Shown here in pieces: positions 11,367 through 23,717 of a stretch of DNA of 64,000 nucleotides; position 1 is the stretch's first letter; each line of letters begins with the position of its first letter. A program made the position numbers and the translations under genes. The notes beneath the pieces are model-generated. The model did no database searches, was not told the origin of the DNA, and saw nothing but the letters and a program-made list of their open reading frames with translations. The stretch lies in NCBI GenBank assembly GCA_020891255.1, contig BQFW01000010.1:496001-560000 (forward strand). The letters run 5' to 3'. This stretch comes from Entomortierella parvispora E1425 (taxonomy: Eukaryota > Fungi > Mortierellomycota).

Positions 11367-13563
11367 TTACCTCCAGTCGGTCTTTCCGTTGCCACGCTTG
11401 TTTGAGAACAAATGTTTTGGCATCTTGGTCTGCACAGCTCTGTCGGACTCTCCTCTCTTGGCAAACAAGTTGGGCGTACGCTGGGCAAGCTTGCGAACCT
11501 TCTCGGACTCCATCTTTTGCTTGACGTTGCGAACACCAGACATGGTACGGTCGCGAACAACGCTGGACTCGGGGCGAGCCATCGAGGCAGTGCGGGCAAT
11601 GCTCTCGCCACGGGACTCGGAGCGAGCACGCTTGACACCTCGGCTGCGGGCACGGGCCTCTGTGGAATCCAAACCCATCTTCTCCAAGTGCTCCGACATT
11701 GCCGAAACATTGCGCTTGATCGCTGTGCTGGGAAGAGTGGGGCGGTTCTTGGTGGTCTTCAGACGAGCAGTGATACGGGTAAGACGGTTGTGCTCGGTGA
11801 TGGCGTTGGCAGTAGCCTCGAGAGCCTCATCCTCAGAGTCCATCTCCTCCTCCTCAGACTTGTAGAAGCCCTCGGCCTCAAGCCTTTCCTCCTCGCGCTC
11901 AAGCTCATCCAACTGCTCCTGAATATCGGAGTCGATAAAGTCGGCAACGTTCTTGCCCTCCCAGATCTCGGGGATGACATCGTACTTCCACTCGGGGTTC
12001 TCCAACAAATATCTCTTCTTGAGATCCACGTTGAAGACGCCAGCTCCACCATTCTGAGCCTCGATATCGCGCTCCAATTGGATACGGTTGGGATCCTTGG
12101 GGTCGTACTTGGGCTTGTTCTCGGCAGAAGCGGGTATGTGGGGAAGACGAGGGTTGTCGTCACGGGGCTTGGGTGTGGTAAGATGGATCTTGTTGAGAAT
12201 GTCGTTAATCTTGTGACCCTTCATCTTGGCATCCACACGAGACTGCAAGAGACGGTCGCAGGCAGTCTGCTTGACGTTCATGACTCCCTCATCAGTGTAG
12301 CAAGACATTCCCAGCATCTCAATGTTGTCGTTGTCCACGATGCTATCCAAAAGAGCACGGTCCTCAGCGCTGATGTCCTCAATCTTCATGGCATCGATCT
12401 TGTTGATAACAAGGATAACGGGCTTGTTGGCAAACAAAGGCTTGATGCTGTGGAAGAGAGCAACCTAGAGAAATAAAACAACGTAAAGTGTATGAGTGTC
12501 GGCAGTTAAAGAGTGACTAACGAAATCCAAGCTGCGCCTCAAATGTCAACGTTCTTACCTGCTCCTTGATGCTGTATCCGCAGCGCTCAGACAAATCGAT
12601 AAAGTACAAGACAGCGCAACGCAAATGGGCCAAGGCGGTGATAGACTGCATCTCGATGGTGTTACGGTTCTCAAGAGGGTGGTCCAAGATACCGGGGGTA
12701 TCGATCACCTGCCAGCGCAGGTACTTGTAATCCATATGTCCAACGAACAAAGACTTGGTGGTGAAAGCATAGGGCTGGACATCGACATCAGCACGGGTGA
12801 TCTTGTTCATGAACGAAGACTTTCCGACGTTGGGGTATCCGCAGACGAGCAGAGTACGAGTGTTGGGGTCGATCGAGGGGAGACGAGCCAAATGCTGACG
12901 GACCTGTTCCAAGTAGGCGAGCGAATCCTTTTGGCGACGCATGATGGTAGCCATTCTTCCGAGGGCAGCCTTCTTAAGCTGCTTACAACGGTAGAGGGAG
13001 TCACCAAACTTGAGGAGACGGACATAATCCTTTCCGACCTGGTCAATCAAGTGGCGAGCAGTGTTCATCTGACCCAAAGCCAACTTGTAATGGTCCTTGT
13101 CGTAAAGGACGTTCATCAAGTCGGCGTAGAAGGGGTGAATATCCTAAATCGTCCCAAAGATATTTCAATTAGGTCAACAGGCAAAATAGAGAGTGAGTTG
13201 TTCAACTAAATGGCTGAAGGCACTTACATCCAACTTGGGGAACTTGTCCAAAATCTCCTTCAACTTAAGATCGAAGTTCTCCTGGGTGAACTTGACCTTG
13301 CGCATGTAGAAGTTACGGATACGACTGATGGCAAAGTTGGCATGGATAACCTACAAGAGAAAAATAACCATACAGAGTCAGCTCTTAGGTCCTACTAGGT
13401 GCTTGCTAGCGTCCAAAACGGAGACAAGAGCAATAACAGAAGATAGCGAAGACGAGCATACAGTGGGGGTCTTGCGCTGAGTCTTGGAGAGGATGATGTC
13501 CAAGAAGTCATTGCCAGTGGGCACTGGAGCAATCTGCTTGAAGTTGTAGATGGAAGTGGTCAT
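11367..13563 (-). CDS. NOG1: Nucleolar GTP-binding protein 1, 4 exons
   Basis: [48 protein letters not shown] and C-terminal [18 protein letters not shown]. Confidence 0.97.
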
Positions 13564-14047
13564 GGCGTCCTTTTATTCCTGGGGTGAAGTTGGGTACGAT
13601 GGTAGTCCTGACTCCTGTTTGTGAGAAACAGTCGGGAGGGTATCAAAGAAGGGAGGGAGGGGGGGAAGGAGGGGGAAAGAGGCAAGGAGGAGGAGGAGAG
13701 GATGTCCGGATGGGTCGAATGAAAGGAAGGAAATGCAGTCAAAGGCGTCTTGGACTCTCTGTTACTGGAAGCGTTCGGTTGGTTGGTCGAGCCTGTTGTC
13801 GAGGAGGAAAAAAAAAAAAAAAAAAAAATCGGTGGCTTAGTGACCTGTTGTTGTGGTGATTTTCAAGTGGGACTGCCCTGGGGTTTTTTTGCCACCAAAA
13901 TTTTGGATATCTGTCACCGAGTTCCAATCATCGTACTTACAGCGCCTCTATTATTTTTTTGCTCAATGCACCTTCTGCATTCAACAAGAGAACAAGCATT
14001 TTGATTACTTTGCATCAACCCCTCTTCGTCCTTGTACTATATTCAAA

Positions 14048-16010
14048 ATGGAGTCTGTAGGTCAACCTTGCATCCCCTTCTTCGCCATCACGATCTCATT
14101 TCCCTACGTCGCTTTCTATCTCCTCTTCATTCGCTGACAGTGGCGTCCTTTTACTCAAAAGCGGACTGATCGTCTACCACATGAAAGCCTCGAAGCAAAG
14201 CATTGACTGTTAGCCTCCACCTTTTGCAAACTTCTCTAGGTCGTTATTGGAATCAACTTTGGAAGCACTAACAGCTCCATCGCCGTCTTGGCCCCCAATG
14301 GACACTTCAACGTCATTGCCAACGCCGATGGTGAGCGTATGATCCCCTCCGTCGTCGGTTTCTCCGGCGATGAGGAGTTCTCTGGTACTCAGGCTCTCCA
14401 GCAGGCTGTCAGGAACCCCAAGAACACCCTCTTGAACTTCCGTAACTTGATCGGCAAGAAGTATGTGTCAAATTGATCTACTACAAGGACAGTTTTTATA
14501 TTACTGGGGGCTTTAATCGGGTTCAATTGATCTCGATTGAGCTCGGTAAAAAAATGCAGTCAGGAACGCGAGTGCTGATCGTTTGCTTGGTATCTGTTTT
14601 CATGATAGGTTCGAGGAGGTCAAGGTCTCCTCTGACGTTGCTCACCCCGATATGGTCAACAAGGACGGTCTCCCCGCCTACAAGGTCAACTTCAAGGAGC
14701 AGGAGCATATCTACACTGTCCCCGAGGTTGTCACCAAGCAGTTCAAGCACATTCTCGAGGAGGCTGAGGGTTACCTTGGATCCAAGGTCACCGGCGCTGT
14801 TCTCGCTGTCCCCACCTACTTCACTGAGGTCCAGCGTGAGGCTGTTGCCAAGGCTGCTGCCGCTGCTGGGATCAACGTCTTGCAGATCATTCAGGAGCCC
14901 GTTGCTGCCGCTTTGGCGTACAACTTTGGCCAGAACGTTGTCAAGGGCGATGCTCAGGATAAGACCGCTTTGGTTCTCGACATGGGCGCTTCCTCTTTCG
15001 ATGTAACCGTTCTCTCTTCCCGCAGCGGAATCTACACCATCTTGGAGACTGCTCACGATGAGACTCTGGGAGGTTCCTCGTTCGATGACCAGATTGTTGA
15101 GTTTGTTGCTGCCGAGTTCAAGAAGAAGACCAAAATTGATATCGCCAACAACAAGAAGGCTCTTTTGAAGATCAAGTCTGCTGCTGAGATCACCAAGAAG
15201 CAGCTTTCCCGCTCTGTCTCCGCCCCTTGCTCTGTCGAGTCTGTTGCCGAAGGTATGGATTACCACGGTTCCGTGCCCCGTCTTCGCTTCGAATTGATGT
15301 CCTCCAAGTTGTTCAGCAAGTGCAACCAGTTGATCGAGCACATCTTGGAGAAGGCCAACTTGACTGCTGGAGCTATTGACGAGATCTTGTTGGTTGGAGG
15401 TGCTACCCGCATGCCCAAGTTCCAGTCCCGTCTCCGTGACATCTTCCCTGAGACCACCATGCGCTTGGATCAGGAGACCGATGAGGCCATCACTGTCGGA
15501 TGCGCCGCCCAGGCTTCGTTGATCGCTGGTTTCGAGCAGGAGGACATCGCTGCCTCGACCAAGGAGAACATTACCGTTACCCCCCACACCGTTAAGCCCA
15601 TTGGTGTTGCCGGTCCCAACGGCGAGTTCTTCACCATCATTGCCGATCACACCCCTCTCCCTGCCAAGCGCGTCTTTGAGTTCGGTCAGGCCGCTGAGGG
15701 TCAGCAGGAGGTTTACTTTGCCCTCTACGAGGGTGAGCAGGATGCCCCTGCTCCCAAGAAGGAAAAGGTCGAGAAGGTCGATGTTGGTTCCGATGATGAG
15801 GAGGAGGAGGAAGAGGAGGAGCTCCCCGCCAAGCCCACCTACCACAAGACCACCCTTTTGGCTGAAGTTGTCCTCAAGGAGTTGCCCGCTGGTGCCAAGG
15901 CTGGTGAGCTCAAGATTGAGGCTACCGTCCAGGTCGATGCTTCTAACAAGGTCACCGTCACCTTGCGCGAGAAGAAGAGCGGAAAGCAGGTCCGCGCCGA
16001 GAGTGCTTAG
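14048..16010 (+). CDS. SSZ1: Ribosome-associated Hsp70, Ssz1-like, 3 exons
   Basis: MES|VVIGINFGSTNSSIA, IANADGERMIPS, LDMGASSFDV and LLVGGATRMPK, with a truncated C-terminal lid as in Ssz1/HSPA14. Confidence 0.85.
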
Positions 16011-16117
16011 AAAATGAACAGCGAAGGATAATTAAAAATCGAGTCAAGCAAAATGGTTTCCCAATACCCTTTTGAGCGATATGATATAGAGCCATTGAAG
16101 GAGAATAATAAAATATG

Positions 16118-16147
<30 letters not shown>
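16118..16147 (+). repeat. (CAT)n microsatellite
   Basis: About 10 CAT units seen directly. Confidence 0.95.
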
Positions 16148-16148
<1 letters not shown>

Positions 16149-16244
16149 GTCTTGAGCTCATCGCAGTTGTTTGCAGTTTAAGGAGTGTCTATTTCTTTAT
16201 TGCTTTGAAACAAAGAACATTGAAAGTATGTACAAATTGCAGTA

Positions 16245-16685
16245 TTACAATCCACGCTGGGAAGACTTGTAACCGGCGTTGGCAGCAGCGTTGTGGGCTG
16301 CGTCGGAGGCCTGTTTGGCGGCATTGGAGGCCTGATTCGTGGCGTTCTGAGCCGCGTTGTTGGCATTGTTGTTGAACTGATTCAAGTCCGAGAAAGCATT
16401 GTTGGCGGTAGACTGAGTCTGCTGGCCAGGGTAGGTGGAGCCCGAGTTGTACTGGGAAGATTGAGCATGAGTGTTGCCAGAGGCATCATTGGCATGGGTG
16501 GAAGCTTGAGTATGAGCCTGGGCAACGGCCTCGTTGAGCTGCTCTTGAGCCTTGTGTCCGAGGACCTTGGCTTGCTCCAAGGCCTCTTGACCCTTGGCCA
16601 TGGCAACGTTGATGTAGCCCTTGAGGGTCTCGGTCAAGGATCCGTCGGCACCAGAGGAACCAGCTGGGTGAGCGTTGTTGTTCAT
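16245..16685 (-). CDS. Small A/Q/N-rich hydrophilic protein (LEA-like), 146 aa
   Basis: Codon-biased ORF MNNNAHPAG...LKGYINVAMAKGQEALEQAKVLG...NAAQNATNQASNAAKQASDAAHNAA. Confidence 0.6.
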   Translation of the reverse strand: MNNNAHPAGSSGADGSLTETLKGYINVAMAKGQEALEQAKVLGHKAQEQLNEAVAQAHTQASTHANDASGNTHAQSSQYNSGSTYPGQQTQSTANNAFSDLNQFNNNANNAAQNATNQASNAAKQASDAAHNAAANAGYKSSQRGL

Positions 16686-18155
16686 GATGAAAATGTGAGG
16701 AAATGGGAGCGATAAGTTGAAGTGTTGAGGTGTCAAGTGTGAAGAGAAAGAAGAGGAATCAAGATCAGGATTTTATTGCCCCATGCAAGGACGTCTAGAG
16801 AAGAATTTTTCTCGTTTCTGTCGTCTACTTTGTGTAGATCGAGTCATTGCTCTCGTAGTCAAAGACTTTTTGGCGAATCATTCTTTGACGCCTATGCATC
16901 GTCTTTCGTGTCGCGTCTGCCAGTTTTTTTACGATTGATCGACAGGACGAGAGTCAGGGTCAATCAGACACCAGTGAGTGCCCCGGCCCAAGCGGAGACT
17001 CCTTCCAATCACTTGTTCGGGCAAGATTGTTCCAACAGAACGATTGGCAGTGTGTCACAGGGGTGCAAGAAGAGAAGGAAAAAAAACAGTGTCTCAAAAA
17101 GAAGACGGAAGGCTGTCAGGTGGCGGCAGATCTTTTTTTTTTTTTTTTTTTTTTTTTTTTGGCGGGATGAAGCGCGTGTTGCAGTGAAGTGGAAGTCTCG
17201 GGGGATTTCAACCAGCAAGCACGTCTTTATGCAAATAGAGAGCGAGACCCACTGCTGAGACGCGTAATTGCACGCCGCATTGTATTCTGGGAGTTGTGGC
17301 TGCTCAATACAAAAAAAAAAAAATTATTTGAGCGGAAAAAAACATAAAAAAAAACCGTCTTGTTCGTTGTGGGGTCTCATTAGGCTCATGAAGTGCATGA
17401 GTGTGGGAAAACCGCCGATGCGTCGCGTAGTGTAATGCGGGGTGAGGACGATGACCATGCAGGAGTGAGGATGACTACCAAAGAAGGATGTACGCATGGG
17501 ATTGAGGGTATGATCTTTGCGGAGAGAGGGGAATGAGATTCGCTTTTGGGTCTGGTGACATTGCGTCTGCGTAATCGGCCGTGGTGTGTTTTTTCTGCTG
17601 GTTTCTTTTTTCGGTCACCTCTCGACTTTTTCTCCATCATTCACCAGCCAATTCTGATCTCTCCTCCTTCCCTCCGCTTCATCACATCCCTTCATCCCGA
17701 CCTCCCTCCCGCCCCCATCTTTTCTCCACACCATCTGCGCACAAGCAAAAAACTCTGAAAAAGCCATCAGACAGAAAAGTGGCCCAACCATAACGAAAAA
17801 AAGAGACCGCCAGCCTCGAGCGAATAAGAACCTCTACTCGTTTGTTTGGTTGCTTGTTTGATCCACCAACCACAGTGCTGCTCCTCCGTCCATCCTTCCT
17901 TGCCGCCTTTGCCTCGCCAACCAACGGACACACGCTCCTCCACACCTTTGACCACTCGCTGTGCGTCCTTGCATGTCCAGCAGGACTCCATCATTGTCAC
18001 ACACACACACACCTTATCCTAAACCCTCTCCTCGCGTGCGTCGGGTCCCTTTTTTCAATCCTATTCCCATCCAACCCTGGTCAATCGACAGCGCATCAAC
18101 TCCTACTCGCTTGTAACCGTTGGATATCGTAACGGAATCAAAACAACAGAAGACC

Positions 18156-19304
18156 ATGGAAGAACATCACCATCACCAGCAGCAGCATCACTCGCAGCAC
18201 CATCCATATCAGACTAGCCTTGTCTATGGTCAACATGGACAGCCTGCTGTAAGGATAGTGGCCGCCGTCTTAGTCAAACTTTTTTTTGATATATTTGTCT
18301 CTTTCATGCATGACATCGTTTCTAACGAACATATTGCTTACATCATATAGCACGATGATCATGGAAGATATCAAGGCTACCAGCAATCATTTGCCCCCTT
18401 GGTAAGCGCTGCGGCATCCTTGGTTTGGAGTAACCGGGCCACTCTTGGATCCTTTTCAGCTCCAAGAACTTGTCAGGTGTTTTGCTACTCCATGTTTTTT
18501 TGACTCTATTCTTTGGACTCTCTATTCCTTTTAGCCCCCCGGTATGATGCCTCCCCAGAGCCCTTCAGGATCATCACCAACCTCGACTCATTCGCAACTT
18601 CAGTACGACCATCAGGGTGGAAAAGACCCAAATGGAGGGCAAGGAGGTCCTCAGGCGCCCGCAGGATATGCCCAAGAGATGAATGGCCATGGTGAGATTC
18701 AGCAGAATATGGGTGGCGGTCCAGGAGTCGTTGGTATGGACCCCTCTGGTTTGCCACCTCAGACTGGACCTGCGGATGAGGAGCCTCTCTACGTCAACGC
18801 CAAGCAGGTATGGAGCATCCGCTATTTTCTAAGCCACCGCGTCAAGTCATCAACGGGAACAGCTCTAACGAAGGTGTTTGGACAACGAACGTGTGTTCTC
18901 ATATTTTGATAGTATCACCGAATTCTCAAAAGACGCGCCGCCCGCGCCAAACTGGAAGAGATGAATCGCATGGCAAAGATTCGCAAGGTTCGAACTTGTT
19001 CCGAAAGTTCTGGCTTCATTTTGTGCGCCATCAACTAACATCTACATCTTCTGGTCAATTGATATTGTGTCGCGATATAGCCTTATCTTCATGAATCTAG
19101 ACATAAGCATGCAATGCGCCGGCCTAGAGGTCCCGGCGGTCGGTTTTTGACTTCTCAAGAGATCGCAGAGATGGATCGAATTCAAGCTGCCTTTGAGGCC
19201 CAGGGAGGTGTTGGTTTGATCGGAGGCGATCTTCATCTTGCCCATCACCAACACACTCCTCAGCAACAGCAGCAGTTTATTCAACAGCAAGTGATGCTTC
19301 AAAG

Positions 19305-19345
<41 letters not shown>

Positions 19346-19830
19346 CTCAAGCAGGGCAGAGCGCGCTCAACTTGAACATCCCCAATCACTCCGAGACACC
19401 AGTTCCCATGCCGCTTCAGCATCAACACCAGCCTCAGCAGCAACAGCAGCAGCAGCAGTACCAACCAGGATTCCAAATGGGACATCCTTCCGTCATGCAG
19501 CAGCATCATCAACAGCAACAAAACATGTACAGCAACAACACCAATCAGCAGCAGCAATTACACCAGCAGTCATCGTCTCTACCACTATATGATGCTGAGA
19601 TTAAGACTGAGCCTTTGACAAAGACAGAGAACGCATCTTCCGCTCTCAAGAATGGCTCAGATGTCGCAACCTCATCTCCAGCAGTGGGCACAAACACATC
19701 GTCCAGTTCCACCGCTCCTGCAGCGACTGCCTCTAACACGTCTGGTACCGTAAACGAGCAAAGTGGGGCAAAGAAAGCCGATGATGGGTCAGGAGGCGAT
19801 CAAGGGCCTGGAAACACGCCTCCAATCTAG
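18156..19830 (+). CDS. HAP2: CCAAT-binding factor subunit Hap2/NF-YA, multi-exon
   Basis: EEPLYVNAKQ|YHRILKRRAARAKLEE and PYLHESRHKHAMRRPRGPGGRFLT, followed by a poly-Q region. Confidence 0.93.
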
Positions 19831-20019
19831 TCTGACATCTACCCTTCAACATCTTACACCCTAATCAGTATCTGGACTCGTGTTTTATTTTTATTTTTTT
19901 ATTTCACAGCTGAGGGTGGAGAGGAGGACTTTGTAAGTCGCCGATCGTGTGGGATAACATTTCATTCGCTATACTCTTAGACCTGGTTCATGATCTGCAT
20001 TTTTTTGTTTTTCTTTCTC

Positions 20020-20839
20020 TCAACATATGAATAAATCTTTTTTCCACAGTCTGCGAGTGTTTCTATGTAGCGTTAGGGGTATAAGCAAAGCATACTTTAT
20101 TCTTTCTTTTCCTTGTCCTTGGTCTCGTCTGAGCTCACCAGTACACTTCCCAGAACAATCAAACTCGCGCCAAACCACCACTGCATGGCCAATGGCTCCG
20201 AAAACAGAACGTATCCAAGCACAGCCTATGAAAGTCGCGTGGAAAAGGAAAAAAAAAAAATGACATCAAGTTTAGACAAATTGTCGATCGATCCGTCATC
20301 AAACACGCTCTGGTTCACTCACAGTTAAGCAAAAGTTGGCAGCACTGTTGATGACTGTCACTGTAGCCGAGGAGTTGGAACGGTTCAGTGCCTTTGTGAA
20401 CAGTGTCCACATTGCTGCGTTGCAGATAAAAATCAGACCAAAGCACGCCGATCGAACAGCAACAACAACCTGGACACAGAAATAACAAATGGGAGAGCCA
20501 AAATTGTTAGAGTTGGGTGGTGGTCGAACAAAGCACCATAGTGTGAGTTCAGGTTGCAGCGGCTTCATTGCATACCGGACTCGTCTCACCCTCCTTGGCA
20601 ACAAAAAGAGACGTGCAGTATGGGGTTGTGGGAGCGATGACGGTGTTGCATGCATGATGCAAAAAGTCGACCGTCCTGGCGTCCAGTGTGAGCTTGGCAA
20701 AGACGGAAGCCAGGGCGGCAAATGTACCAGCCAAGATGGCTGCAGGGATGGCGGCAGACGATGAGCTCTTTGCGGTGCTCGCTGGGGGAGTATGCACGGC
20801 GGTGCCTGCAGCGGTCTGCTTTTTAGAAGTCTTTCCCAT
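20020..20839 (-). CDS. TMEM42-like small membrane protein. The 3' end is approximate.
   Basis: AILAGTFAALASVFAKL, CFGLIFICNAAMWTLFTKAL...TVINSAANFCLT|AVLGYVLFSEPLAMQWWFGASLIVLGSVLV. Confidence 0.7.
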
Positions 20840-21186
20840 GGTTAGAAGTTGAGTAAAGTGATGGAGAGAAAAGTGGTGGCAATGGAGGCCTCTTCTGGCC
20901 CAATTTTGTCGACGTCACTTTTTTTTTTTTATTTGTCGAAGGGGGCGCGTCTTTTAGCCCAGAGATCACTTCCTTCACTCGCATTGGTCACTCCTGAGCA
21001 GAATCTTTCTTTTTCTTGCCTTTCGTCCTCAATTCGTCGTTTTACCTCAGAGGAACTCCATCCATCAAGCAGCTCTCCTCAGGAAATCTAGGGATTGCAC
21101 GATCTAGTTTACCAGTCGCCAATCAGAATCCATCTCAGGCCCTCCACGCGTTTTGCATTGATTAGGACCTCGATCTAATCAACATA

Positions 21187-23023
21187 ATGTCTGGATTCTC
21201 ATTCGGTGCCCCTGCTGCATCGACAGCTGGAACTGGACTATTTGGAGCACCAGCAGCATCTACAGCCGGCAGTAGTCTCTTTGGCCAGCCCACAGCGTCA
21301 GCAGCCGGGGGACTCTTTGGCGCAAAAACTACAGCACCTGCCACAGGAGGTCTCTTTGGCGCGGCGCCAGCACAGTCGGCAGCTCCAGCAGCAGGAGGGT
21401 TATTTGGTGCTGCTCCCTCTGCCGCACCAGCAGCTGGAGGGTTCTTTGGGTCTACGCCAGCATCTTCAGGAGGAGGACTCTTTGGTGCCGCTCAATCGAC
21501 AGCACCTACAACCGGTGGTCTATTTGGATCTGCGCCTGCTGCAGGAGGCTTTGGGGCCTCAACATTTGGCGCAAAGCCTGCGACTTCGACTGGATTCGGT
21601 GGATTTGGAGCGTCGACAGCAGCTCCAGCAGCTGGAAGTTTGTTTGGATCAGCACCAAAGCCTTTTGGACAAAGTACAGGGTTCGGTGCCTCAGTAGCTG
21701 CCCCTGCAGCGCCAACTCTCCCCAGTTTTGCATCATCCCTTGCCTCAGGACAGAGACAGCAATACGTTCTGGGTAGGATTTGAAGCATATAGAGTGGGTC
21801 CTTGGATGACCGAGATTCTTCTTGGCGGCTAACCAGGTGTTCCTTTTTATCAGGCAATGTCAAGCCACAGATTCCAGTGTGGCAAAACCTTTTATACATC
21901 AAGAATTCTTGGGACCCCACTCATCCAAACTGCCAGTTCAAGGTGAGTTATCGACCTGCGGAGAACCTGCGAGATTTTTTTACAGGAGCTAGTGCAGTCG
22001 TCGCGGTAGTATCTACCATTATCATTGCTAACACGCTTTGTCGCTCCTCATGAATCAGCACTTTTTTTATAACTTTGTACATCCTGATGACGTTGGAAAA
22101 TACGGGCCACCTCCCAATGTGGACCCTTACGAATGGAAGCAAGCGCTTATGGAATGCCCTGACAGAGAATGGTACGTTGAAATGAGATCACGTTGAGCTC
22201 AAACTTTACACTGAATGTTTTTTACTAATGCCAATATTTTCAAAATAGTATGGTCCCCGCGCTGGCCGTTGGGTTTGAGGATTTGAAGAAGCGCATGGAG
22301 AGTCAGAACGATATGACCGAAATGCAGAGGATAAAGCTGGACGAAATCGAAGTCAAGATGGGAGAAATCATGCAGTTCCACTTGCTTCAAACGGCAAGCA
22401 AGGTCAGGGAGTTTAAGCGAAAACACATTCAACTGGCGCAGCGTGTGCTCACGGTATGTGTTTGGCTATTTAGGAGCAGGAACCATAATGGACCACGCGG
22501 TATAAATCGAGGGTTGTTTTCAGGATGCTCATCGTTTTACACCATCTTTCGAATTCTAGTTGATGAAGCGTGTTCAGATTTTGCGAAACAGAGGTGTACC
22601 CCTCAGGGCGGACGAAGAGATGCTTCGTGTACGACTGGAAAATGCTTTGGAGCAGCTCAAGAACCCAGCTCACTTCAGAGGCAAAATCACAGAATTGTGG
22701 GCACAGATCCAAATTCTCAAGGACTCAAAGCGGTTGCATCCTTCGGGAAACTACGAAGTTTCGGATGAAGCTCAGCTTGAGGTCATTGGCAAGGTAAGAA
22801 GTCAAAGCAACTACTCAACAACTATGGCGAGAGGTTAGAGCCAGGGTGGATTTGAAATATGCCATGCAGAGCCCTATTCTGATCTCCAATATTTGCACTC
22901 TAGGTTTTGCAAGATCAACAATCGGGACTGCAGCACATCACGGCTGTACTTCAGCAGGATATGCAAGACGTGGAGTTGTTGCAGCGGAAACTCGAGGAGA
23001 TCGGATCGGGGGCCAAGTCATAA
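21187..23023 (+). CDS. NUP57: GLFG nucleoporin Nup57/Nup54, multi-exon
   Basis: N-terminal GLFG repeats, then IKNSWDPTHPNCQFK, MVPALAVGFEDLKKR and a coiled-coil C-terminus. Confidence 0.85.
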
Positions 23024-23717
23024 AGACAGATCCCGAGAAATGACATGTGGAATATCTAGACACTGCCATCGACGTTGTAGAACCCTTGACTCGAGCTAAA
23101 CAAGGGCAAGGTCCTGTCATGACAATGGACCCATACCCGCACCACATCCGACCGGTCACCGACAAAAAAATAAAATAAAAATAAGGCATTCAAAATCACG
23201 ACCAGCAAATATGGTGGCGTTTTTTTTTTTTTTTTGTTCCTTGTTCCTTGCATTGTTGCTTGCATGAAGCTCAATCCTTCCTTGTCTTGTCCCCGCCTTC
23301 ATCTTTGTTCAACAACCACGCGTTCACTTCCATCTCACGCGTTCATTCGAGTGTACCCTCAACCCTAGTCTTCATTTGCCGTGCACTGTAGGTGTCATTC
23401 TTCATTTTAAACAAACTACCACCAATCCAGCCCTGTTGCATCTCTCAAGACATGCAGCAATGCAATTGACCGAGGGTACTTTGGACAGTACAATGAGGGG
23501 ACAGTGACAGACAGGCTATATTTCATGTAGAAGAAGTACCTGTAGAAAAACGCTGTGGTATCTTGTTGTCTGTTGGCAGTGTCTTCCCTAGCGGCTTTAA
23601 AAGGGTGGCTTTCTTCCATCACCTTTTCGTGTGTTCCCTCTTCTTCCTTCGCCAGTCAAAATATCACGGCCATCAACCACACTTTCCGCATCTTTCTTCC
23701 TGTCCTTCTTCTCTACA

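Noticed and set aside
11389-13209. Long plus-strand ORFs (354 aa, 194 aa, 158 aa) opposite NOG1
   Set aside because: These are antisense shadows of a highly codon-biased gene and carry no independent motifs.
14133-14214. TPP riboswitch in the SSZ1 intron
   Set aside because: The conserved TPP aptamer motifs are not present and the gene is unrelated to thiamine.
14523-15845. 440-aa minus-strand ORF opposite SSZ1
   Set aside because: This is the typical antisense open frame of Hsp70-family genes.
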